A DNA stretch of 64,000 nucleotides from Phyllosticta citribraziliensis. Taxonomy: Eukaryota. The notes beneath the pieces are model-generated. The model ran no database searches, was not told the origin of the DNA, and saw only the letters and a program-made list of their open reading frames with translations. The position numbers were made by a program, and so were the translations under genes. How positions within the stretch are numbered: position 1 is the stretch's first letter; each line of letters opens with the position of its first letter. The DNA is taken from contig NW_027117348.1 of NCBI RefSeq assembly GCF_038025025.1, positions 434,001-498,000 on the forward strand. The letters run 5' to 3'. This document shows, in pieces, positions 50,734-61,401 of this stretch.

Positions 50734-53405
50734 ATGGCTCGCTCTGCAACGCCCGACAGTGGCCGTATTCGGGATGGTGGCATCCGAAAGAGGATGCGCA
50801 AGGGAACCCACAGCTGTTTTGAATGTAGGTCGCCGTGCCCTTTTCTCCCCTTTTCTTCCATGCTCCGGGCGAATATGGACGAAATCGTCGTCTTTTCGCC
50901 TGCTGTTTACTCATTTGGGCCTGCACTAACCGTGACTAGGTCGTCGACGAAAGATTCGTTGCATCTACTCCGACGACCATCCAGGTCAGTGCACCGAATG
51001 CTTTGCCCGTGGCTCTAGGTGTGTAGACCAAGAGCACGCGGAGAGCGAAGCCGTTGTCGACAACCGCAAAAACCTTCGTGAGAGGGTTGCCAAACTCGAA
51101 GCTCTGGTCGAGGCGTTGCTTGACGACAAGACCTCCAAACACGCCGCCGATGCATTGCGGGCTCTGGGGCAAGACATTGCCGTCACTCCCCCATCCTCCG
51201 ATGGCCCATCTCATGTCCAAGGATCTCAGAAAGATCCAGCCCCATTCCTGTCCATGTTCAACAATGACGTGGTATGCCCTTTCTGCCCGTATCTTCGACA
51301 CGTGCTGACTTTGACTAGTTGCGTCGAGCTGAGGGCAGAGGCACCGTGACATGCCCGATGGAGACACAGGACTGTGATGCCTCTCAGCCCACCGAGACGC
51401 ATACCACCCAGGTGTGTGACGTCGAGTTTACCGGCATAGGTGCGCCGCCTACCAATGGCGACACGATGAGTGAAGGCCGCAAGTCCAAAGCGAAAAAGAC
51501 TCGTGAGACGTTACTTTCAGGTCTTCCGTCCGGGGAAAAACTCGAGTCCGCCCTCACTACGAACGACGACTGGTGGCGTCTATGGCGCTACAAAATCCCA
51601 AGCATTGCCCGCGGCGACGACCTGCAGGCCTTTGCTCGTCGTGTAGTTGCAGACGGGTCCCCGCCTGAAGCTGCCGTCCTGCTGCTGAGCGTCGGCATCG
51701 CTTTGGATTCTGATGATCTCAACACGTCTCTTGCTCTCATCGACGCTCTGATTGTTTCTGACGACGAATATGGTGCCACGCTTCAAGGTCTGGAATGCAC
51801 GATCCTCATGTCCAAGTGCTACTCTGAAATTGGACAACCACGTCGAGGTTGGATTGCGGTGCGAAAGGGTCTCGCGTATGCGCAAATACTGGTATGTGCT
51901 ACGCCGCCTGCAGAAACTCAGCTGACAATCCGCAGGGCTTGCATCGCAGCCACAGCGCGTCGCCAGAATGGAACACCATTTGGTGGTCATTGTACACAAC
52001 GGACCGCTTCTTGAGCCTGCTGCTCGGCCTTCCGTACGGCATTACAGACACTCATTGCGACATGTCCGTTTTGCCTTCGGAAACCGAGGGAGAAGACCTG
52101 AAAGAATCCACTGCCAAGCTTGCCGTCCTCTCCGGCAAGGTAATTGATCGAACTCAGGGCGTGGGAGACCTCTCCTTTGCGTCGGCTCTTGAGCTAGATG
52201 ATGAACTCGACACCATCACGTCCAATCTGTCTGAGAACTGGAACGAGGAGATGCCGCTTTCTGGAAGCAGTCCAGACTGCAAGAGGATGATCACTCTGCG
52301 CGAACGCTTGCTGGTACACATCTGCTCACAACAACTCCGCATGTACCTCCATCTTCCCTTCATGCTCAAGCTTGCCTCGCTGAGCTCGAGTCCTACTGGC
52401 TGTTCCAAATTCGAATACAGCAGAACGGCGTGTTTTGGCGCTTCCCGCAAGCTGTTGGAGCTGTACAGAGTCCTCCGCACGAGCAATGGCCAGCCCCTTT
52501 ACGAGTGCAAGGTCATTGATTTTGTTGGCTTCACCGCCGCCGTGTTGCTCTTCCTCGGCCTCTTGGGCTACCGCCGGCTGGAGTCCAAGACAGGCGACGC
52601 GCACACGCAAGCCGTTCAAGACGAAAACGACTGGCGCATCATCGAAATCACCATGGACATTTTCCAACGTGCCTCGACCGAGAGGGGCGGCAAGGTCGCC
52701 GCGCAATCGCTCCGCGTCCTGCAGCAGCTCAGCAAGGTGCGCGACTTGACCATGAGCGGCGAAGACATCACCTACTACGAACGCGTCGCCATTCCGTACT
52801 TTGGTACCATTTCGGTGCAGCGAGGCAAGCGGTTTCACCACGTCGCCAAGAACAAGAATGAGCCAGTCGTCACGACCAGCGACGAATCGACTAGCACCTT
52901 CAGTCAACAATCAAACGGCATGCCTCCGCCGGCCGCCGCGACAGGTGGCCCTGATGCCTTCGACATGACTCCCGCCTATCCCGGTGCGCCTGCTGCCTTT
53001 CCAAACAACGCCGCCGCTCGTACGCCCAGCAACTCAACCATCAGCACGCCCCCGAACCCCATGGTCGCGTACGACCCGTTTGTCCCAAGCACAGGCCAGT
53101 GGTTTTTCCCCGGCGTGGCGACGATGGGCATGCAACACGGCGCCAGCGACAACACGGCCACCGCCAACGCCAGCATTCCAGCTGGCATGGGGCCAGGGTT
53201 TGGCGGGCACGCAACCGGAGCAGCAGCCAACTGGACCACGAGCGAGGACGGGCTGGACAATTTGATTGGTGGCTCGCATGTGCAAGGCGGGCCATGGATG
53301 AGCTCTAACCTCAACATGGGCATGGGCGGCGGTGCCATGGACTTGGATCAAGATTGGGCGTGGTTCTGGGGCGGCAACACGACGAGCGAGGTCTCCCCTC
53401 GGTAA
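50734..53405 (+). CDS. Zn2Cys6 transcription factor
   Basis: RKGTHSCFEC|RRRKIRC-x8-CTECFARGSRC across intron 50825-50939; coiled coil LRERVAKLEALVE; fungal TF middle region WWSLYTTDRFLSLLLGLPY; YLHLPFM; acidic/aromatic C-terminal tail. Further introns near 51272-51318 and 51892-51935. Confidence 0.92.
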
Positions 53406-54086
53406 TGACGCCGTCCAGCGGTGCGCGCTGATGTTGGTGAGACTGACTGATCTTTTGCGGTTATGGCGTTCTGGGATTTTGGTAATTGGGAATGGGGGTT
53501 CGCGGCGTTGATGGACGGTATGGCTTGGAAGACTTGATACCAAACTCACGACTCAGATACTATCGCTTCTCTCCAGAGGTTAATGCAGCACCACGCGTCA
53601 ACGGCCGTGGCAGTACACGCAAAGCACTCGAATGCTCCCTAGTGCCATGTTCACCGGACGTATGGAGCCTCCGCATGGCTACTCCTGTCAAGGGGAGGGA
53701 GCATTCCCAAGTCAGCTTACGCTGAGAGCACGAAGCCTCCCTGGCCCATCATGAGCGTCTTCATAGGCCTGGTTTGAGTAAGATATCACAGTGGTTGTCG
53801 AAAGAAATACGGCTTCCTGGCAATATGAATGCGCTTAGGGAGCATCCATTCACTGCTACAGTGGCGCTTAGGGAGCACTCATGCGCTGGTGCAGCCAGAT
53901 CCAGGGTGTCTCATTTGCGGGAGGTGGGGTGGGCAGGCGCGGAAGGTGCGCCTGCGCGAGGTCTTTGGCACGTCTCCGCCCCAGAGCCCTCCAACTCCAA
54001 ACATCATCCATCGCGTTTTTCAAGGTATTGGAAGCACAACGCCACGCAGCTGAATGGGGCTTCTTTGCTGACGTTTTCATGTGCAG

Positions 54087-55173
54087 ATGGACCCCTCAAG
54101 ACCTCCCGATCGCCCTGGCGATCCCAACTCCTCTGCCTCACGGCGTGCGCACCTCACCCATCCCCAAATCGATGAAAAGATGCTAATTTGAGCGACAGAA
54201 AACACACCACAACAACCACCACGCCAAGCAGTTGGTGGGGCCCCCGTGGCCAGACTCGGCTTCCGCGCCCAGGCAGATCTTGCGGCCGCTCGTGCAGCTC
54301 GAGGTAAGAAACCCATTTAATCACACGGCCCAAATGGACACCTGCTGACCACATGATTATAGAGGCAGTGATTGAAGCGGCCCACCAATGGGCAGAAGCT
54401 CGGGGTATCCCGACCCAGCGCGTGCCTGCGTACGCCTTTATCGACCCGCAGGCAGAAGCCCAAAGGCAGGCCGCCATTCGGGAAAACGACCGTCAGGTCA
54501 AGCTTTACGCTGCGAGGAATAGGCAGTCCGCCGAGGCTGATCGTGCTGCCCGTTTGGCGGCCGCTACTGCAGCTCGAGGTAAGAAATTTACTTAATCACA
54601 CGGCCCAATTGAATAAATACTGACCAGATCATCACAGAGGCCCAGGCCAACGCGCTCTATCAAGACGCGGCGGCTCGTGGGATCGAGCTCCACCGCGTGT
54701 CTGCGGTCCCCCTTGCCGACCCGCAGGCAGAAGCCGAAAGACTGGCCTTGCTCGAGGAAAACATGCGTCGAGTCCGCGAAGGACTCGGAGTGAACAGGAC
54801 CCAGTCCAGTTCGAGTAATCACGGGAGGGCCTCGTTCATCCCCCCACCGTTCGAGCCTCTTCGCCCCGCGACGGTGACGCCGCCCCAAGCCGCTCCCGAA
54901 CCTCGACCATCAGCGGCGGTCACCCGGGGCAGACAAACCCCTTCGGCGGTGAGAGGCCCCTCTCGTGATGAGGCTCACGCTGAGCACAATGGTCTTCCCG
55001 CTCGCCCTCAATCGTCCTCGAAAGACGTGAAGACTGTGCCAGCAACGAGCAGTTCTGGTGGTGCGGAGAGCCTCACAAGCCCGCATGCACCCCGAGAGAG
55101 CGAGTCCGACATGATCGGCCGCGAGTTTCCCATTGCCGACACTGGGCTTCTGAAGAGCAAGTGGTCACGATGA
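54087..55173 (+). CDS. Orphan 304-aa protein with a duplicated exon (DPQxE family member D)
   Basis: Exons 54087-54144, 54199-54303, 54363-54578 and 54638-55173, all joined by phase-1 introns in one open frame. Predicted 5'-UTR intron 54025-54086 ends directly at the ATG. Repeat ARGI...RV.A....DPQAEA.R.A...EN.R occurs twice. Confidence 0.7.
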
Positions 55174-55749
55174 GACCGAGAAGACATTCACGATGAGACC
55201 GAGAAGACAAAGGACTACACCGACCTCCAACGTCTTCAGTGCTGCTGCTGCCACCACCACGAGCAACCTCTCCAGCGCAGCGAGTGGCCATCAAACGGCC
55301 GAGTCGTAAGTACCGTAGTCCTACAGAGGTTGACTTACCAGAGTTTCGCGCCACAGAACAGGCACGGACGAGTAGAGCTAGATACTTGTGAAGACTAGTC
55401 TTTGGGACGTGACATGGAAGATACATGTAGCTTAGCTTGAGAGTAGATTCAATGGGACCATTTGAATGCTGTGCTTGCGGACGATGTTTGAGCTCTTCGA
55501 TTCGTGATGAATCAGATTTCGGTGCGTGAGCGGGAGAGAGGAAGCCGAGCCAGTCCTCCGTGTCCTCGGCCAACCACTGAGCCATCACACGACTGCTCCT
55601 TCTGCTGCTGCTGCTGGTCAACGCTTGCTGTCTTGCCCGCCATCGAACCTCTCCCCTCCTCCTCCTCTCTTCCTCTCCTCTTCTCCCTCACACCCTCACC
55701 ACCCCCCTCCCTCCGCGCCCTCTCCTCGCGCAATTCTCTTTCGCCATAA

Positions 55750-56507
55750 ATGGAAACACGACACGCTCCTCGCCCGGCTCCGGCCAAATCTTCAAGTGGT
55801 GCCGGCGGCCGCCCACCACGAAAGCCAGACAACAACGGCCGCAAAGGCCAAGGTCACTACACCGAAGATGGCCGAATTGGCAAACCTGTACGCCCGTACA
55901 TGTAAGTCACCTCACAAAAGCTCGCCGAATTTCAATTCAATCGGTCTGACGTTGTCCCATTAGACCAAACGCGGGCAAATGCTTCCACTGCGGAGCGAAG
56001 AGGGACAAGGACCACAACTGCAACTGGCGCAACTGTCACGAAGCATGCCAGTTCTGTCACGCTCGGGACCACCAGGGGGTCGAGTGTGAGCGCTGCCCCA
56101 ATCCTGGCGAGCACTACGGCACAATTCAGAGACTCGTTGAGGCTCAGAAGGAAGCCGGTGTGCTCAAGCAGAGCGCAAGCGCGCCACACCGTCCCACCAG
56201 CGGACAAGATCTCGGCAACGATAGCCAGATGACGCCCAGCGGGCAAGATGAGATCGCCGACCTGCGTCGGGTGGTCCAAGACCTTCAGCGGCGTTCCGAT
56301 GCCCAGCAGGAGCGTTCCGACGCCCAGCAGGTCGAGATCCAGGCCCTCCGCGATCGGGTCCAGGAGCTCGAAGCAAGACCCAGGGCCGGCCCCGAGGACA
56401 TCGAGTGGGACAGTGACGAGGTCGACGAGAACCTCAAGCGCTTGGGCAGTGAAAACCGCGCTGAGAAGATCGGTCTCCGGACCGAAGTGCTCAGTCTCCA
56501 ATCTTGA
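55750..56507 (+). CDS. Orphan 231-aa protein with zinc knuckles and a coiled coil (family member B)
   Basis: Exon 1 55750-55901 (…GAGGRPPRKPDNNGRKGQGHYTEDGRIGKPVRPY), phase-2 intron 55902-55963 (GTAAGT...CTGAC...TAG), exon 2 IPNAGKCFHCGAKRDKDHNCNWRNCHEACQFCHARDHQGVEC...EIADLRRVVQDLQRR...IQALRDRVQELE. Confidence 0.78.
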
Positions 56508-58706
56508 AACTGGCAAGTAAACTCTTTTTCGATTGAGACGATGGTTCAGCTATTCGCTACCTACCAAGTGGCTTGTATGCCAAGATGGATCCTTTCTTTT
56601 GAAAGGCCCACGAATCGTTCATGGATGGACGAAAGATCTCTTTCCGACCCTTCGGACCCGAGAAGCGTACCACCAGATAGAATGCCAATGCGATCGTTGA
56701 TGTCGAAGCTATTGTACCTGCCAGTGATACGCGTATGCGCTGAACAAGTGACCATGTCCCGTTCGTTGCAATCACTCACCTCCGTGACTGTGATGTATCC
56801 AGACCCTTCTGCCTCCACCGACAGTACCTCCCAATCTGAAGACCTGCTCCTCTTTCTTTGCGTTTCTGTGCTCACAACCCTCATTCCCAACCAGAACCCT
56901 CTCGTTGTCTTGTCCTCGCGTGGGAAATGAATCCTTTCGATGCCCGAAACCCCCACTTTCTCCGCGCGTAGTCAAACTGAAGCGCTCATGAACGGTCAGA
57001 GAGTGTGATTGCAGCAAGCCTTGAGATGGCACAGTCGCGGGCCTGCAAAACAATCGCACAAGTCTGACTGTGTAGCTAGAGGGCCACAACTCCACGCACA
57101 GCATCGACGAGCGAGAAAAAAAAAAAAAAAAAAAGGGACACAATCTCAATCCACACTCCCACCCTCCCCATTATTGCTCAGAATCCACCCTCCCATGAAT
57201 TACATAAGCAAGGGGGCCCGTGAGTAACAAAATTTTTACTGTTCTCTCGCATTATAATCTGCCTCCTTATATTTTACAAAATCTTACACTAAGCCTAGGG
57301 AGGTTGAAAAATGGCGAGCGCGCGCTCAGGAGCCTAAATAACCAGGGGGTAAAGATATACTCTCTAAGGCACGGGGGTCATAAAGGGGTATTTCGGTGCC
57401 GGCGTAGTCCATTTCCAGAGCGCGGTGATAGAATCTTAGATAACCAGGGGGTAAATATGGCCGAAGACGTGCGCGCGTGAGTGAAAGTATATTGGTAGTG
57501 GTGGTGGTGTGGTTTTGGTAGTGATTACGAGAGAACTTAAAAATAATAAACGACTTGCCTAATCGAGACTAGATATAGGGAGGGTGTATTTAGTTTAAGA
57601 GGGTGGATGGTGAGCGGGGTGGTACAATGTTGTGTGGATTGAGAATATAACCCAAAAAAAAACGCATGATAAGCCCGACAGAGTGAGGACTGCGACGAAA
57701 TGAGCTTTTCGGCATGAGTAGAGCCCTGTTGAAGAGCATCAGCCGCAGTGATGGCCCCAAAACGACGATACCACGCCGCCGATGACTTCCAAACCGCCCC
57801 ACAAGCAAGCCCGCCAAAGTTTTGCTACATAGCCCAAAAAACGCGGTTCGTTCCTCCATAACCGCCAGTGAGTTGGGGCGCCGCGGCGCAGTATGACGCT
57901 GCTTCGGCTGCGAATGATTCTGCCAGGCGCCACCCGGTAAGCTGGCGGTTACTGTATGATGAGTTCGACCGACCCTCGGGTCGGACGGTAGACGTAGGGC
58001 GCGGGCTCCGGACCGTGGCTGAACTGTTTTGCCATTCTTTTTTGCTGTTTTTGCTGTTTTGGCGACAACCAAGAAGCGAGAAAGACTGGGGGAAGCAAGC
58101 ACCGCCGTTTGTTTTGCCGATTCAGCCTTCCCTTGCTATCATAGAATGTAGCGGAAGGGTGCGCTCGTTTTCAAGTTCGGTTGGCCCTCGCCGGCGGTTT
58201 TGCTCGTGTTCCTGGCTGGGGCTTGGAAGCATTTATGTTTCGAACGAAGGATTCTTCAACGGCAGCGGGCTGGGTCTCTTTTCGTAGTAGAAGGCACTGG
58301 AAATCAAGAAGTGGTCGTCAGGTTTGGGAGACTTGGAGTGGCAGGTCACTGGTCTTGGTGCAAATTGCCGCAACGAAGTCATCACTGCAGGCATCAACTC
58401 CATGCGCATCATTGCTGCGGAATACCATCGATTTGACTTTCATGACTATGGACTCCAGCATTAAATGCACATCGGGGGTATGACCTTCGAAACAAGTACA
58501 TACCAGGTTGATTCAACCTAAACTCGTGGATTATCCACACTCGGCGCACAGCCTGTCCAAGAATTAGCATCATGACATCTCAATCCCTGGCATGTTTTTG
58601 CTTCTCACCTACTCACTGAACATGGTGCGAATACCAATCATGTGGTAACAGAAACTCGAGCACGTGTCGCAATGGCTCTTTCTCGTGGCAGTCCGTGAGG
58701 GACTGC

Positions 58707-59496
58707 TCACACTCGGTCTGCGTCGTTCGGATCGTCGCCCTCGAACATTCGTCCTTCGACCACGTATCTGCAAAGCAGCAAGTATTCCGCAAATTCCTGC
58801 GCGAAGGCGTCCATGGTCCTTCGGTGGACATTTTCGTCGTGAAACTGGGGAATCTGTCGCAGATCCGCGACCAGGGCATCCATATCTACGGCGAGGTCCT
58901 CGAACTGCCCTTGGATATACCTCTGTTGTCTCTGTTGACGATTGCTGATCGCCTGGGCTTCATCGACTACCGCGACCAGATCATTGAAGACCTGATCCAT
59001 TTGCGCCCAGGCATTTCGTTCGTGGAGTGCGTCCTGCATACGGTTGTCAATAAACTCGGCAAATGCCCGCTCAGCTTCGCGTGCATGCCGCTCGAGGTCA
59101 TCGACCTCACTCTGGAGTCTACGCTCTGCGTTGCGTGCGCGGTCTCGGTCTTGCTGTAGGTCAGCAGCAGCTTGACGCACCAACATGGCGTTGGCCTGCT
59201 CCAACTCTCTTACTCGCTCGGATTGATCCTCGAGCACTCGCTGTGTAGCACTAGACCGCTTTCGCGATCTCCTTTGAGCTCCGGAGCTCAGTCTGAACAT
59301 CAAACGTCAGTAACGAGCATAGAATCGTGGAAGGTCCATCATACCTTGACCGAAGAGTCTTCTTGCTCGGGCGCTCGACGTAATGTCCGAGTCCCTGTCT
59401 GTGGCTGTTTGGCTTTCGAGGCGGCCGGCCACCACCGCCGGAGGAGGACGGTGCTTGGAGGGGGAGGAGTTGTCGGCGCATTCTGATGCGAGCCAT
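58707..59496 (-). CDS. Orphan 245-aa coiled-coil protein (family member C, no knuckles)
   Basis: Exon 1 59496-59345 (MARIRMRRQLLP...SSSGGGGRPPRKPNSHRQGLGHYVERP), phase-2 intron 59293-59344, in frame with the helical ORF 58707-59303. Confidence 0.72.
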
Positions 59497-60993
59497 TTTT
59501 AATTTCTTTGCCAGAAATGGCGATTGAATGATGGGAGATGGGGGAGGCGAAGGTGTGTCTGGTGTTGTGGACGGAAGAAACGGGAGTGGGTGGAGAAGAT
59601 GGACCCGCGACGGGCGGCAGCCGCAGGTGCTCTTTCCTGTCCAAAAAGTTCCCCAGGCATTCATCCCCACTACTCCGACACAGCCCCGGCAAAACTACTC
59701 TCGAGAATTGCCTGGTGCTCTTCTTTAACGTGTCTTTTACCCACGGCAACAAACCACTGGCAGGTCTTCGCGAGGTGGCTTTGAGAAACATGGGGATAGC
59801 AAAAACTTGGCCCTCGCTTCTAACAACGTATCCTCATCATCATAGCTGACGCTGTCGCCTTCAACACCAGCTCCACCAAGAGATCCACATGAGGATGTCC
59901 CCGAGGCTCACAAGGCCCGCGAGCTCGCACAAAGACATCTGCAAGTACAAGGGGTGGAGGGGTGGTTAGTTGCTGGATGCTTTTGGAGAAGACAAAAGAT
60001 GAGATGGACTACGGAGATGCGGCAGGGCAGGGCTCGGTTCACTAGTCAGAAGCTGTCTTGAGACGTTGGCAGGGCAACGAACAGCTGGACCAACGGCCCG
60101 TTGGCCCGATGAACTCATGCGTAACCCTAATTCAACGTCGTACTGTTCTGCGCTCCATCTCTTGATCCATCATCTAAAAGCCCAGATTGACCCCCAAAAT
60201 AATCCCCCCATCTACCTGTATTCAGACCCGGGGACTACCCGTGAAGACTTGCCTTGACCATTGTGTTCGAGCATAATCACCCGAGGGTAGTGAAGGAGCT
60301 GCTGGAAAGAGGGCGAGAACGCTGCGGAGCAGGGAGGGGCGGTCGACTTCGATGGGCTCCTTCACGCGGGGCGCGGAGCCTGGCACCAGCCTGATGGCGA
60401 CATCGAGGTCTGATCGTAGCAAGCTCTGTTATGGTGTCACTCATTTCGGCTGGCCATTTGGGGGGATACCTTGGCCGACACTCTATGAGCCCTGGCGCTG
60501 TTGATTCCCGTCCCATTTTCATAGCCGGCTCCCAGGAGGCGGTGGTGTTGAATCGATCCGCATTGTCACAACGAGGGTCGAGGTCGAGGGTGAGTGACGA
60601 GAGTGGAGCGGTGAACTGGTGGGTTTGCGAGCTTCTCTTGAATCTTGGCCAGGAGGGAACGAGGAAGTTGAGCAACAAAACTTGAACGGTGAGGGTTGAG
60701 CGACGAACCGGTGGTGTTCCTGAGAGCTTCTCTGGCACTGATGCACAGCCAGGAGCAGAACTCATCGTTCAAGCCGGGGCTAGCTCAAGGGAAGAGGAGG
60801 CCCACTGGAATAGGATGGAATCTGGTGGTGGAGTCGAGGCAAGTGCGGAAGGTGCGCCTGCGTGCGACGTCTTGGACGCGTCCCCGCCCAGAACCTTTCA
60901 ACTCCAAACAAACCATCGTGCAAACGTCAAGGTATTGCGAGCTCAAAGCCATCCAGAGCAATCCCGACTCTTCACTAACGTTTCTACGCGTAG

Positions 60994-61401
60994 ATGGCTC
61001 AGCAACACGGCCCTCCGCATTCTCTTCCTCCTCATGCGGCTTCTGCTGCTGCAGCATCACCGCGTACGCGTCTCGCTCCCACCCTCAAGTCACGGCTATG
61101 CTAACCCTGAACCACAGAGCCAATCATGCCCACCCCGCCAGGTGACCAGGCCCAACGGGCCAGACAGACAGAACGCGTTGCCTTCTGGGCGACGCAGGGA
61201 GTCGAGCTGTTCGATGTCTCGAATGGACCGTTGTCAGACCCACAACAAGAACGGGTCAGTGTCTTCTGCCAGGCGGAGAACAAGCGAAGACTCCCATTCG
61301 ATGAGAGGGAGAGCCTCTTTGCCGATACACAATTGCGAAGTTCCCACAACGCTTTGGAGCCAGACGGTCAGCATGGCCACTGGATATGTGGTGAGAGATG
61401 A
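60994..61401 (+). CDS. Orphan 117-aa protein (DPQxE family member E)
   Basis: Predicted 5'-UTR intron 60932-60993 (62 nt) ends at the ATG; phase-1 intron 61064-61117 (54 nt). Both lengths equal the matching introns of the gene at 54087. Contains QGVELFDVSNGPLSDPQQE...AENKRR. Confidence 0.6.

Noticed and set aside
55140..55173. C-terminal GLLKSKWS resembling the LxxSxWA short motif
   Set aside because: Too short, and I cannot tie it to a defined family from memory.
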